From Octopus sinensis (lineage: Eukaryota), in the NCBI RefSeq assembly GCF_006345805.1, contig NW_021833964.1, positions 1 to 52,332 on the forward strand: a stretch of 52,332 nucleotides of DNA, written 5' to 3'. The notes beneath the pieces were generated by a model. The model saw only the letters and a list, made by a program, of their open reading frames with translations. It ran no database searches and was not told the origin of the DNA. Each line of letters starts with the position of its first letter. Within the stretch, counting starts at the first letter, position 1. Made by a program: the position numbers and the translations under genes. This document shows positions 14,039-26,470 of this stretch, piece after piece.

Positions 14039-14245
14039 CTTGGCGCTGCATCTAAGAGAGAAACAATTAGTTCATGACATATATGTGTTTATGGATGCAT
14101 GTGTGCGTGTATGTATGTATGTATGTATGTATGTATGTATGTAGTATGTATGTATGTATGTATGCATGTATGTATGTATGTATGTATGTATGTATGTATG
14201 TATGTGTGCATGAATTGTGTATATATTTATGTGGTTAAAGCTCAT

Positions 14246-14677
14246 TCTGAAACTACGTGTTTTCGGGTTCAGTTCATTGGCAAGCGCCCCTCATCTGTTA
14301 CAAGCCCGGACAGACTCAAAGCCTTGTGAGTGAATTTGGAAAAACAGCTCGTCATTTGATACATATGTACGTGTCTGTGAATATGTGTGTGTGTGTGTGT
14401 AATTGCGTGTATGTTTGTGTGTTTGTGTGTGCGTGTGTTTGTGTGTTTGTCTGTTTGTGTATTACATGCCCTCCACTGCTTGACAACCAGCATTGTTTTG
14501 TTTACGTCCCCGTAGATTAATGGTTTCGCAAAAGAGGCTGATAGAATAAGCACCAATTCTTAAGAAAACGTACGTGGTGGGATCGATTTGTTCGACTAAA
14601 ACCTCTCAATGTGGTGCTCCAGCATAGCCGCAATGCAATGAAAATCACACGAAAGATAAACGATAAAAGATAAAAAG
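14246..14677 (+). mobile_element. SINE family A, diverged copy
   Basis: AAAGCCTTGTGAGTGAATTTGG, GCTTGACAACC, TTTACGTCCCCG, GTGCTCCAGCAT and an AAAAGAT-type tail. Confidence 0.75.
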
Positions 14678-14684
14678 CATGATC

Positions 14685-14866
14685 ATGGAAGGTACTGTCC
14701 TATCCAGTTTGTTTAGGGCCGACCATGCTTTGGATATCCGAGGTTTTACACACTTTGCAGTTGAGGCTATCTCAGAACCGAAATACTTGAAATCAAAAAC
14801 TTGATTGATGAGCTCTCTTCTGACGTTGGTGATTGATGTGGAGGCAACAACCAAGACGCTTATCAA
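14685..14866 (-). mobile_element. RTE-type LINE reverse transcriptase C-terminal fragment
   Basis: Translation FDFKYFGSEIASTAKCVKPRISKAWSALNKLD matches the FKYLGS...IAKAWxALNKL segment of RTE-type RT proteins. Confidence 0.75.
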
Positions 14867-14924
14867 AAACTAGAATCCAAGCTAGATAGAACTTACACCT
14901 GAATGTTAAGAGTAGAAATCACAT

Positions 14925-15231
14925 GCATGGCTCAGTGGTTAGAGCCTCGGGCTCACAATCATGAAGTAGTGAGTTCGATTCCCGGACCGAGTAATGTGTT
15001 GTGTTCTTGAGCAACACACTTTATTTTACGTTGCTCCAGTTCACTCAGCTGTAGAAATGTAATGTAACTGGTATGAGCTTTGCCTTCCCTTAAATAACAT
15101 CAGCGGTGTGGAAAGTGGGGGCTGGTAAGCATAGGCGACTTCTGGTCTTCTATAAACAACCTTACCGAACTTGTGCCTCGGAAAGTAATTTCCTAGTTGC
15201 AATCCTATGGTCGTTCTTGACTGAACGGGGG
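14925..15231 (+). mobile_element. SINE family B, full length, lying between the two RTE fragments
   Basis: GGCTCAGTGGTTAGAG, GAGTTCGATTCCC, CORE-like segment as at 4039, family-specific tail. Confidence 0.85.
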
Positions 15232-15244
15232 TATTCAACTTTAA

Positions 15245-15570
15245 CTTTACAAATTTATCTAGGAGAACTCATCCTACCAAGAAACAACTGTGTGGAGATC
15301 TCCTTCCGTTTCCAACATCATAAGGAATGGCATTTGCGTCTTGCGGCACATTGGTGGGGAGAAGAACAAAACCGATGAGTGACCTACTGATATGGATATC
15401 AAGGCATGGCTATACTCGAGCAAGTCGTCTTAACACAATGTATCTAGATCAACTCACGAGAAACACTGGATGCCTTCCTGAAGATCTCCTTCAAATAATT
15501 CTGGACCGAGACCCATGGCATGCGCAGGTTAAAAAAAAGCCTAAGCAAGCTCGTCTTGAAGATGATGAGT
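15245..15570 (+). mobile_element. RTE-type LINE 3' end fragment (degenerate)
   Basis: Frameshifted translation ...THPTKKQLCGDL...LRLAAHWW...SDLLIW...RHG...YLDQLTRNTGC..EDL...DRDPW, typical of the RTE ORF C-terminus, ending in GATGAT-like repeats. Confidence 0.75.
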
Positions 15571-16659
15571 AAGTCATCATGGCGATAGAATGTAAAACAT
15601 GTTTTAGGAAGAAACACTTTGCGTTCCACCTTACACGAGTTCTTTGAGGCGACCGCTTAACATAGAATTAGTAAAAATAAATCCCGCACAAATCACAATT
15701 GCTATTTTCAGAAAATGATGTGTACGTTGAATAATTTAGCCTTAGATAGGCTATGTCTGAGAACAAGCGGGGTGGTCAAGGCTGGCGCACTTATGGTCAT
15801 GCATGTATAAGATAGGGATCGATTGATCTTGGACAATCAGCAACAATAATAACAACAATAACATTTTATGTTAATCAGTCGAGGAAATACATAACTTGGT
15901 ATGATTTCTTCGGAAAATAGTCTTGTTCTATGATTAATTCCTTTGCCTTAAAGTCTGATCCTCGCACAGCTGTCATCATGTTCGGCAATAATCTCTAGTC
16001 TTGTAAAAGAATGCTGTTCTTGACAGCATCTAAATGAACACGTCCACTGTGTATTCATAGACGTTGTTAGGTATTGGCCAGTGTGTTATGCAGATGCGGT
16101 AGAAAAATGTGTAAATTTGATTGTGGTTCGAAAGATTTTTCTGTTTGATCACTTCACACAGATAGCAGGGAAGTGTGTTCAGCCGTTAACTTAAGATAGG
16201 ATGTGTTCCGGATTGTTTGTTATATTAAATCGAATTCCGGCCAATTTTTGATAATGAACTGAAACAGTGTTGGAACGCTGCCAGTGTTTCTTGATAGCGT
16301 TTCTTTTCTCTTGGATTCTATCGATCATCAAATGCAGCTTCATCGACATCGCCGTCGTCGTTGTCATTATCAGCAACATCACTATCAATATCATCATCAT
16401 CATCATCATCGCTATCAACACTTACCACCTCCATGAAATCCCACCACCACAACAATCATCAGCATCATCATCATCATCATCAATGCTATCATCGTCGTCG
16501 TCATCATCATCAACAACAAATCATTATCTCTACCAGCTCCATGACCAGTGCCATCACTTCAACCACCACTACCATCAACACTTCCACCACCATCAATACT
16601 ACCAACATTACCATCAACCTCATTATCATCATAAAAATCACCGTTGTCTGTCTATCTGT

Positions 16660-16749
<90 letters not shown>

Positions 16750-16828
16750 GTCTGTTGTCTGTCTGTTTATCTATTTATTTATTCATCTGTCTGTTTATCT
16801 GTCTGTCTGTCTATCTATCTATCTACCC

Positions 16829-16890
<62 letters not shown>

Positions 16891-17455
16891 GAGGGAGGGA
16901 AGGAGAGAGATACATACATACATACATGTATTGCATTATATATATACATCATCATCATCGAAAATAAAGACAAACAGGAAAATTCACTCCAAGGTACATT
17001 GTGTTAAAATAAAGGGTCGATCACAATTGGAATCCCTTGACCAGGGATCTATACGATCGAGACTGACCTAAAGATAAATAATAGCAACAACAACAACAAC
17101 AACAACAACAAAACAACAACAACAACAAAGACACTCTGACTGATGTAGTCCTAGGTATGCTAAGTCTGAGTGAATGATGAGCTATGCCTTGATATGAGGT
17201 TTATCTGATCGGGGCTGGCCTTAGGATTAACAAGAACAACAAGAAGACTATCATCACAAGAACAACGACGACACCAGGAATCATTTCCACCAAGATGGCG
17301 TCTTAAGTGCTGCTGCTCTATCCAGAACAGTCTCAAGAACTCACTAGACCGTTGCCTTCCACGCATGTGTATATAACACCCCCCCTTCATCGACTCATTT
17401 CCATTCTTTTATCTCCTCCCACCTCCTCTAGTCACATATGTTGATGATATCACAA

Positions 17456-17463
17456 TGATAATG

Positions 17464-17527
<64 letters not shown>

Positions 17528-17549
17528 GATGAACAACAACAACAACAAC

Positions 17550-17583
<34 letters not shown>

Positions 17584-17633
17584 TGAACAACAACAACAAC
17601 AACAATAATAATAAGATGAACAACAACAACAAC

Positions 17634-17680
<47 letters not shown>

Positions 17681-17702
17681 GATGAACAACAACAACAACA
17701 AC

Positions 17703-17747
<45 letters not shown>

Positions 17748-17748
17748 C
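17456..17748. repeat. Compound (AAT)n/(AAC)n microsatellite with a recurring AAGATG-AAC block
   Basis: (AAT)n-AAGATG-(AAC)n units repeat about four times (near 17525, 17581, 17611, 17678). Confidence 0.9.
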
Positions 17749-18292
17749 TGAGAAGAAATCACAAAGATAATGGCTGACTAGTTACCATTCTGTTACATTA
17801 GTCTCTTTGTTAGCACCAATAACACCATCAACGCTACCACCACCACCACCGCCATCATTACAGGCTGTCTCTTTGGATTATTCACCCTTGCTAACTTCTC
17901 TGGCATTAACAAAGAATTGTAACACTGAACCATATCTAAGAATATTGCTTTCATTTCATTCTACTTTTTCATGTTTTTGTAATTTAAAAAAAAATAGTAA
18001 CAAGAATTTTTTTTTTTTGGTATTATATTAGCTTTATTAGAGAAAGAAGGACGGTGGTGGAATATTGTCTTTTGTTTTGTTTTGTTTTTATTTTGATTAT
18101 TGTTTTGTTTTTCTCGCTTTATGTTTCAGATATTTCATGGTCACGCTTCGTTTAGCAGCGAATAAAATGAAAGTCTTGCGAAAAGTTCCATGTACAATTG
18201 ATTCCAGTGTAGTTCTAATGACGTATAAATCATAACCAAAAATAAATAAAGAAGAAGAATAGGTAAAATTTTTGACAAGAGATTTCGTCGAC

Positions 18293-18364
<72 letters not shown>

Positions 18365-18670
18365 TGATGATGATGATGATGATCTCTTTCATTCACCACA
18401 GGGGGTATCAAATGAATAATAATAATAATCAAAACAACAACAACAATAATAATAATAATAATAATAATAAATTATAATTTCAAAAGAAAAAAATGCTAAT
18501 TATGAATTCAGATTTTTGTGAGATAATTATACACTGACAGGGGTGGGCAGAACTTTTTTAAAACATACAAAAACACCAAGTACTACTACTACTACTACTA
18601 CTACTACTGCTGCTGCTGCTGTTGCTGCTACTAATTCTACTACAAACACCACCACCACCATCACCACCAG

Positions 18671-18712
<42 letters not shown>

Positions 18713-18752
18713 CATCATCATCAATATCACTACTACAACAACTACTACTAAC

Positions 18753-18852
<100 letters not shown>

Positions 18853-19526
18853 TTAATAATAATAATGACAACAACAATAATGTAAAATGAATTAAATGCA
18901 GGCGAATATATATGTAGAATACATTAAAAAGATATATAAGTGCACTTGTTTTGGTTTTTTTAAAGAAAAATTGCATGAATAAAATTTTTATAATAAAATA
19001 AATTAATTTAAAATATGAAAGCGATAATATAAAATATTGGCAAAAATATATAATGAATATAGAAATAATTAAAAATACATAAAGATAGAATAATCAATAT
19101 TAATTAGAAGATAAAACATTGAAAAAAATACACCAACACTGATTCAGAAAAATAGCGGTGTGTCGTTGGGGTTTTTAACCCTAGGTCAGTTTTGATCAAG
19201 TAGACCTATGATAAAAGACAATCGAGCCGTGACTTCTAAGTCTTTTTCGTTTCCTCTTCCTTTTTTTTCTTTTCTGTTTTGCTTTTTTGAGTATGTCGTG
19301 TTTTGATTTACATCCTTTGGTAGGGTTTTCCGATTTTAAGACGATGTGGTGAGTGATTTGAGGCGCATTTGGCTGTTATTTCTGTCCAGAGTAACAACAA
19401 TATAAAGATTCCCTCTTTGTTGATACTGTTGCTTTTGCTGTTTTTGTTGTCGCTGCTACTGCTGCTGATGATTACGTATGGCCTTCAAAGCAACCCAATT
19501 TTTAGAAGAACTATGAGCAAAAGCGT

Positions 19527-19830
19527 GGAGGCACATGGCCTAGTGGTTAGAGCAGCGGACTCGCGGTCGAAGGAACGCGGGTTCGAATCTCAGACCGGGC
19601 GATGTGTGTGTTTGTGAGCGAAACACCTAAGCTCCATGCGGCTCCGGCAGAAGGTAATGGCGAACTTCTGCTGACTCATTCGCCACAACTTTCTCTCACT
19701 CTTTCTTCCTGCATCTTGCAGCTCACCTGCGACGGACCGGCGTCCCGTCCAGGTGGGGAACCCATACGCCAAGGAAACTGGGAAACATGCCCTAATGAGC
19801 CAGGCGTGACCCGAGAAGGAACAAACAACA
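19527..19830 (+). mobile_element. SINE family D, full length, perfect 14-bp TSD
   Basis: GGCCTAGTGGTTAGAGC and GGGTTCGAATCTC boxes; TSD ATGAGCAAAAGCGT at 19513-26 and 19831-44; (ACAA)n tail. Confidence 0.92.
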
Positions 19831-21476
19831 ATGAGCAAAAGCGTTTCACTCGTGACCAACCATGCTTGAACTTAGTCATAGCATATCTAGGATTATATTA
19901 TACAACATTTCAGTTATGTTTTTTTAATTTTGTTACAAGACTACTAAATCATCAGTGAGTTGGACAAATGCTGTGCAGGAATATCTCAAATTACGTCGGT
20001 AATTGTTTCGTAGACATGCGACTTAACTCCAAAAAGCAACGTGACTCAAAAAACAAAAGAAAAAAAATCATTAAAAAAGTTTATTAGCATATATCTCTTT
20101 AAATAAATGGTTTGTAAATATTCTCTCATGTATTTTATTTTATTTTGCTTTTTCAGCATTAATTTTTAGGTGATTTTTAAAAGACTTTTATGCTTTTGGA
20201 TAAATTCGCTCAGGCCGATCCAAAGTCGGATAAATCAACTGATGTTGAGGTTTATTTCTTATAAAAATAAAAAAAACGACTTAAAATTGAAAAAAATATA
20301 ACAAGTAATGATGAAAGTTGAGATATGCCTATTCTTGTTTTTGCTCGTTGCATTCTGTGTTCAAATTCCGTTGGCGTCGTTTTTTATCCTTGTGAGGTCT
20401 CTAAAAAAATATCGGTCACATAATGAGTCAAATTTTACTTTCTTCGTTCTATTTCCTTTCCTTCTTTGTTTCTTCTTTTTCCTTCTCCCTACCCCTCTCT
20501 CTTTATCTCTCTTTCTCTGTCGCACTCTCACATATGTAGCTACAATGCACTACGAATATGCTGTGGCGTATTGTTCTTGTTATCGCTTGTGTTCAAGAAA
20601 CGGGGAAGGGTTAAGAGGAGTTTTAACAACTCTTTGAATTTTGCATATTACAAAAACCGTCCAGAGACACAAGAAACGATGAGCGTGAATAGACAAATGT
20701 GCTGTATGGTTCGAACCATTTTTATTCAGGATGTGATTTGAGTAAAATTTAGCTGCTATTTCTTAAACTTTGAGCTACCACGTGCATTGCGCTTTTATTG
20801 ATCGTCAAGAGATTTACAGTTTTATTAACATTGCGATAAGACTGCGGCTAGTAGAAGCGATGCATGATTGATCAATAGCCATTCTGTTTCATAACTGTTA
20901 TTTTTTGTATTGACCACGAAAAAGCAACAATTAAAGTTGACTGCAACGATAGCAGTTTAAACCATTTGCATTTAAACAAGCAGTATACGGCCCAAATATC
21001 CAACCTTGTTTTAAAATCAAACTGGCTAGATTCAGCCTCTCACACCTACCTTTCAATGTCATTTTTAAAATAAACAACATTATCAAAAGCTCGAAGCTAT
21101 TACAATAACGTATGATTAATTTAAAACAATATGAATAGATGAGCATTACAGTAAATAGAAAGCTAAAGAGTTAAACCTAAAGAGGTCTACCTTAATACCA
21201 TAACGTATGTTATAGGACAATAATTGACAAAATCTGTTATTCATTGTTCTGTAACACTGATAGTGAATCTATGAGGAGCGTGTCAGCTGCAATACAACAG
21301 TTTTAAGATGGCGCCCAGTGGATATTGTAAAATGTATTTTCCTTGTCATATGATGTTATAAAAGTCTTTTATACCTAAAACTAGCGCATTTACTTTGTAT
21401 CACAGGAGAGTCCTTATGCCTATAATAAACAAGCACACTGGCTCTATTTCACGTTTTAGTAGTCAATCGGTTAACC

Positions 21477-21706
21477 TATTTCTTTATTACACACAAGGGG
21501 CTAAACACAGAGGGGACAAACAAGGACAGACATAGGTATTAAGTCGATTACATTGACCCCAGTGCGTAACTGGTACTTAATTTATCGACCCCGAAAGGAT
21601 GAAAGGCAAAGTCGACCTCGGCGGAATTTGAACTCACAACGTAACGTAGACGAAATACCGCTAAGTACTTCGCCCGACGTGCTAACGTTTCTGCCAGCTC
21701 GCCGCC
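21477..21706 (-). mobile_element. SINE family E with a perfect 15-bp TSD
   Basis: Reverse of GGCGGCGAGCTGGCAGAAACGTTAGCAC...GAGTTCAAATTCCGCCGAGGTCGAC; TSD GTCAATCGGTTAACC at 21462-76 and 21707-21. Confidence 0.9.
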
Positions 21707-21721
21707 GTCAATCGGTTAACC

Positions 21722-22046
21722 ATTTAACTGGTACTCCATCGGTCACGACGATAAGTGATGTAGTTGATCCTATGAACGGACAGCCTACTCGTGAAGTTAA
21801 CATGCAAGTGGCTGATCACTCCACAGACACGCATACCCTTAGCGTAATTCGCAGGGAGATTCAGCGTGACACAGAATGCGATAAGGTTAGCCCTTTGAAT
21901 TACTGGTACTACTCGTTTTTGCTAGTGGAGTGGACTGGAACAGCTTGAAATAAAGTGTCGTGTTCAAGGACGCAACACACCGCCGGGAATCGAACTCTCG
22001 ACCTGACGATCCTGACCTGAATACGTGAACAACAAAGTCACGCGCC
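21722..22046 (-). mobile_element. SINE with family B-like head and core and a different tail
   Basis: Reverse head (GGGAATCGAAC B-box, CACGCGCC) and core (GTGGACTGGAAC...AAAGTGTCGTGTTCAAGGACGCAAC), then a distinct 3' body. Confidence 0.7.
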
Positions 22047-23042
22047 ATTTAACCGATTTAAAGAATTAGCTAATCGATTCTTCGAGTAATCGTTCGATCA
22101 ATCAACCAATCAACGAGATTTATCAAAGACGTTTCGCCGTCATTCGCCACCTCAGCTACATGTCCCTTTTAGTCCAGACCTGCTGACAAAGACAAACAGA
22201 CCAGGATACTGGAAGAAGAAACAACTTAGTGTAATGATAACAGAGTCTTTAAAATCTTATGGATATTTGTTCCGGCTATAAGGGATGTGAGTTCGAATCT
22301 TATCAAGATCAAGTTTCCATTTTATCCTTCTGGTTTCCATATCTAAGTATTTATCAAGCACCAAGGTTGTATCTACCCGATCTCTCTTTGCCCGTCACTC
22401 ACTCTCTCTTTGTCTCTAGCTCTCCTCTTCATTTACCTCTGTCGCTTTCTTTCTCATCCCCACTCTCACAGCCGTTCTCTCTCTTTCTTTTGTTTGTCTC
22501 TTTCTTTCTCACTCCGTCTTTCTCTCCCTCCCCCTCTCTCTATCTCTATCTCGTTTTTTCCTTCTCCCTTGTTTCTGTCACGCCCTCTTTTCCTCCCTGT
22601 TTCACTTCTTTAACTGTCTACACTGGGCTCCGAGATGCGTCCGGCAGTGGCGGCGGGGGACACTCGGAGCGTAACAGGCCGGAACTAAATATCTACCAAT
22701 GATTCGTAGCAAAGCCGCAACACGAGAAATTGTGTGGGTGTATGTGTGTGTTCGATCGCGCGCGCGTGCGAGCACCTGAAGTGCGGAAGATGATAAAAGG
22801 AATTATATAGACCTCAGCTGTAGTAGTAGTAGGAGGAGGAGGAGGAGGAGGAAGAGGAGGAGGAGGAGGAAGAGGAAGAGGAGAAGGAGAAGTGGCAGTG
22901 GTGGTGGTTGTAATACTAGTAATAATCAAAATAATGATCATAATAATAATAATGCTGGTATAAAAAAAAATAATAACAATAATAATAATAATAATAATAA
23001 CAATAATTAATATTATTATTATTATTATTATTATTGTTATTA

Positions 23043-23103
<61 letters not shown>

Positions 23104-23192
23104 TCAAGAATAGCAACGACGACGATGACGGCGAAAACGACGATGGTGATGATGAAGATGATGATGATAATAATAATAAAATAATAATAATA

Positions 23193-23242
<50 letters not shown>

Positions 23243-23614
23243 AAAAAATATTAATATAAAGCAAAAATTGAAACACTACATATATATACTTCCATATATT
23301 ATATGCACACATAGAATATATGTGTGTATGCATGTGTGTATGTGTGTATGTATGCATGTTCGTATGTATGTATGTATGTATGTATGTATGTGTGTATGTA
23401 TGTATGTATGTATGTATATATGTATGTATGTATGTATGTATGCAGGAATGTATGTATGATACATTTATAACACTAAATAAGCCACATAACTAAAAGTTAA
23501 TATAATAAAAATATGAAGTAAAATATAATGCCAGAAATATAATGAAATATAATACCAGAAATGCGATAGATATTTAAATTAGAGTGAAAAAACGAAGCAG
23601 GAAAGAAGAAAGAG

Positions 23615-23646
<32 letters not shown>

Positions 23647-23740
23647 GGAAAGAAAGAAAGAAGGAAAGAAAGAAACATTTCAAAGACTTGAAAGTAAGCA
23701 ACAACATTGTAAAAACAAAAACACGCAAACATACATATTC

Positions 23741-23985
23741 TTTTATTCTTTTACTTGTTTCAGGTATTTGACTGCGGCCATCCTGGAGCACGGCCTTTAA
23801 GTCGAACAAATACATCCTGGGACTCTTTTTTTTTTTTTTTGCTTAGAACTCATTCTATCGACCTCTTTTACCGAACCACTTATTCTTTGTAAGCCTAGTA
23901 CTTATTCGATCGGTCTCTTTTGCCGAACCGCTAAGTTACAGGGAAATAAACACACCAGCATCGGTTGTCAAGCGATGTTGGTGTG
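23741..23985 (-). mobile_element. SINE family A 3' part, cut off at the MITE
   Basis: TTTGACTGCGGCCATCCTGGAGCAC...GCCGAACCGCTAAGTTAC...CGGTTGTCAAGCGATG. Confidence 0.8.
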
Positions 23986-24394
23986 GGATCTTTTCGGTTT
24001 GAACGGCACTTTTTCTAGCGGTATCATATGAAATTGTCACCCATAATTATGACCCTAGTATCGATCTATTGCATTTCAATCTGTTTTAGGGTTAGGGGTG
24101 GGGGAAGGGTATCTTTTTTTCTTCACAAATGTAAATAAACCCAATCTGTTTCTTAAACAAAGGACATATCCATACAGCACAGAATGTTTTTTACCTCAAT
24201 AGACGGCATTGACTGGTTGAAATTGCAGAAATTGAAGAAAAAAAACAACAAATATCTTACAAACTATAGAATTTTCTCAATAAAGCCAAGAGAAAAAGAT
24301 GTTTTATAAACACATTCTACCGGTATACGAAGTTTAAAATTTTTTAGTTACCTAGAAATTATGTTAAAAACTGCCGTTCAAACCAAAAAGATCC
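23986..24394. mobile_element. MITE with 29-bp terminal inverted repeats
   Basis: GGATCTTTTCGGTTTGAACGGCACTTTTT vs reverse complement of the right end GGATCTTTTTGGTTTGAACGGCAGTTTTT (27/29). Non-coding AT-rich interior with TTAGGGTTAGGG. No TSD visible. Confidence 0.8.
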
Positions 24395-24424
24395 GAATTG
24401 ACTTCACACGCAAATACATAACGT

Positions 24425-25605
24425 TAGACTCCATTTAGTTATTACTCATTGAATTATAGAGTACGGTCTGACGACTGTAATCCGAGCACAGATAAGCTGA
24501 AACCACATTTAATTATTACATATTGAATTATGGAATACGGTCTGAGGACCAAAATCACAATACAGATGACCTTAGACCACATTTAGTTATGTACAGAATT
24601 ATAGACCAGTGTCTAATTTGTATCATCAGAACATATATAATCTTAGGTCACAGTTATTACAGAATTACAGACCACGTTCTAATTACTATATATACATAAC
24701 ACAACACATAAACTTAGACAACATTTAATTATTGCACACTCAGTTATAGACCATGGTCTAACGAGTATCATCACAGCACGCATAATCTCAGACTACAACT
24801 CCTTATTACACACTGAATTATGGACAATGGTCTAATTACCATAAGCACAACACGCATAAACTTAGACCACATTTAATTGTTATACATAGAATTATAGACC
24901 ATGGTCTGGTGAGCATAACCTCAGCACAAATAATTTTAAGCCGCATTTAGTTGTTACACGGTGAATTATAGATTAATTTTAGACCACAGTTACTTCTTAC
25001 ACACTGAATTATAGGTCATGGTCTAATGACCGTCATCAGAACACATATAATCTTAGACCACATATATTTATTTACACACTGAATTGTAGACCACAGGTTT
25101 TACTTTAGCGCACAGTCTATCACAATAAATGTACACTATGTTGTGAAATTACCTGATCTGAATTAGAGTTAGGATCAGGGTTTAGGGGTAGAGTTAGGAT
25201 TAGGGTTAGGGTTGGGGTTACGGATATGGTTAAGATTTTAGGCTTAGAGTTGTGGTTAAGTTTAGGATTTACACCATTCGCTAAAGTGGTAGCAACCACG
25301 GTCTAATGACTATAACCACAACACAAATATTTTTAGACCACAATTATTCATTGCACACTGAATTATAACCCATGGTCTAATAATCATAATCACAACACTC
25401 TTAGTTTTAGACAACAATTAGCTATTACACATTGAATTATAGACCATGGTCTAATGTTCATAATCATAACACACTTAAATTTAGACAACATTTAGCTATT
25501 ATACATTCAATCATAGACAACGGTCTAATGAGCATTATCGCAACATACAAAACCTTAAAATACAATTATTAGTTAAACATTGAATTATAGCCCATGATCT
25601 AATGA
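24425..25605. repeat. Degenerate minisatellite, about 74-bp unit, about 15 copies, with an internal TAGACCATGGTCTA palindrome
   Basis: GAATTA anchors at 24451, 24525, 24596, 24662, 24815, 24889, 24963, 25360, 25434 and 25582; interrupted at about 25098-25294. Confidence 0.85.
25163..25268 (+). repeat. Degenerate interstitial (TTAGGG)n-like tract
   Basis: TTAGAGTTAGGATCAGGGTTTAGGGGTAGAGTTAGGATTAGGGTTAGGGTTGGGGTTACGG... Confidence 0.7.
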
Positions 25606-26462
25606 CCACCACCACAGCAGTAACTACTGTCACGTTCAAAATGGCAATATTTGTTACAACTGATGCTCTTAGAATGACAATGGATCTAAACATAAGACGC
25701 AATAGCAACGAATTGTTTGACATTACGTCTATATGTATCATTAGCCAACAACTGTGTTTGTATGTGTGTGTATGAGTTAGTACGTAGTGTGAATATGCAT
25801 GTGTGTGTGTGAGATTATGTGCGTGCGTACGTGTCCATGTGTGTGTGTGTGCATGTGTACGTACTTTGCCCTATAAGTAAGCCACTGCTGAATATCATAA
25901 TTTATGTTTATTTCTACAAATTAACGTACGGGAACATGTCTACCTATCCCACTCACCTGCATACCGACCAACTAACCAACCGACCAACCAACCAGCCAAT
26001 ATACCTACCTGCCTATATGCACACATACTTATAAAATGTAAACACATGTATGTGTGTGTAGATATGCATTATGTGTATGTGTGTGTGTGTGTGTTTGTGT
26101 GCATGTGCCTATGTGCTTGTGTGGGCGTGTGTAAGTATATATATATAAATATGACTATATATATAGATACATAGATACATATATTTATGTAGAAATGAAT
26201 AGTATATGTGTGTGTGTGTTTATATGTATATATATGTGTGTGTGAGTGTGTGTGTGTTTATATGTATATATGTGTGTGTGAGTGTGTGTGTCTTAACACC
26301 TAGCTGTAATTAACACATGTATATTTATGTATATTTATATGCATAAATATATTTATGTGTGTGTGTGCGTATGTAACTTTAAGCATGCTTAGAAGCGTAT
26401 ATATTCGTGTAGTGTGTGTGTGTGTGTGTGTGGGTGAGCGATGCGTGGAAATACGTTCAAAG

Positions 26463-26470
26463 ACTTACCT
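26463..26470 (-). other. Splice donor ending the protocadherin large exon (phase 0)
   Basis: Minus strand CAG|GTAAGT, a perfect donor consensus. The ORF stops three codons later (VSL*) and microsatellites follow. Confidence 0.85.

Noticed and set aside
19527-19600. tRNA genes (here and at other SINE heads)
   Set aside because: The A and B boxes are SINE heads followed by SINE bodies and TSDs, with no complete cloverleaf.
25163-25268. True telomere or chromosome fusion site
   Set aside because: The tract is short, highly degenerate, in a single orientation and embedded in an insertion.
24425-25605. CRISPR-like array (regularly spaced palindromes)
   Set aside because: The spacers are homologous to one another, so this is a tandem repeat; the context is eukaryotic and there are no cas genes.
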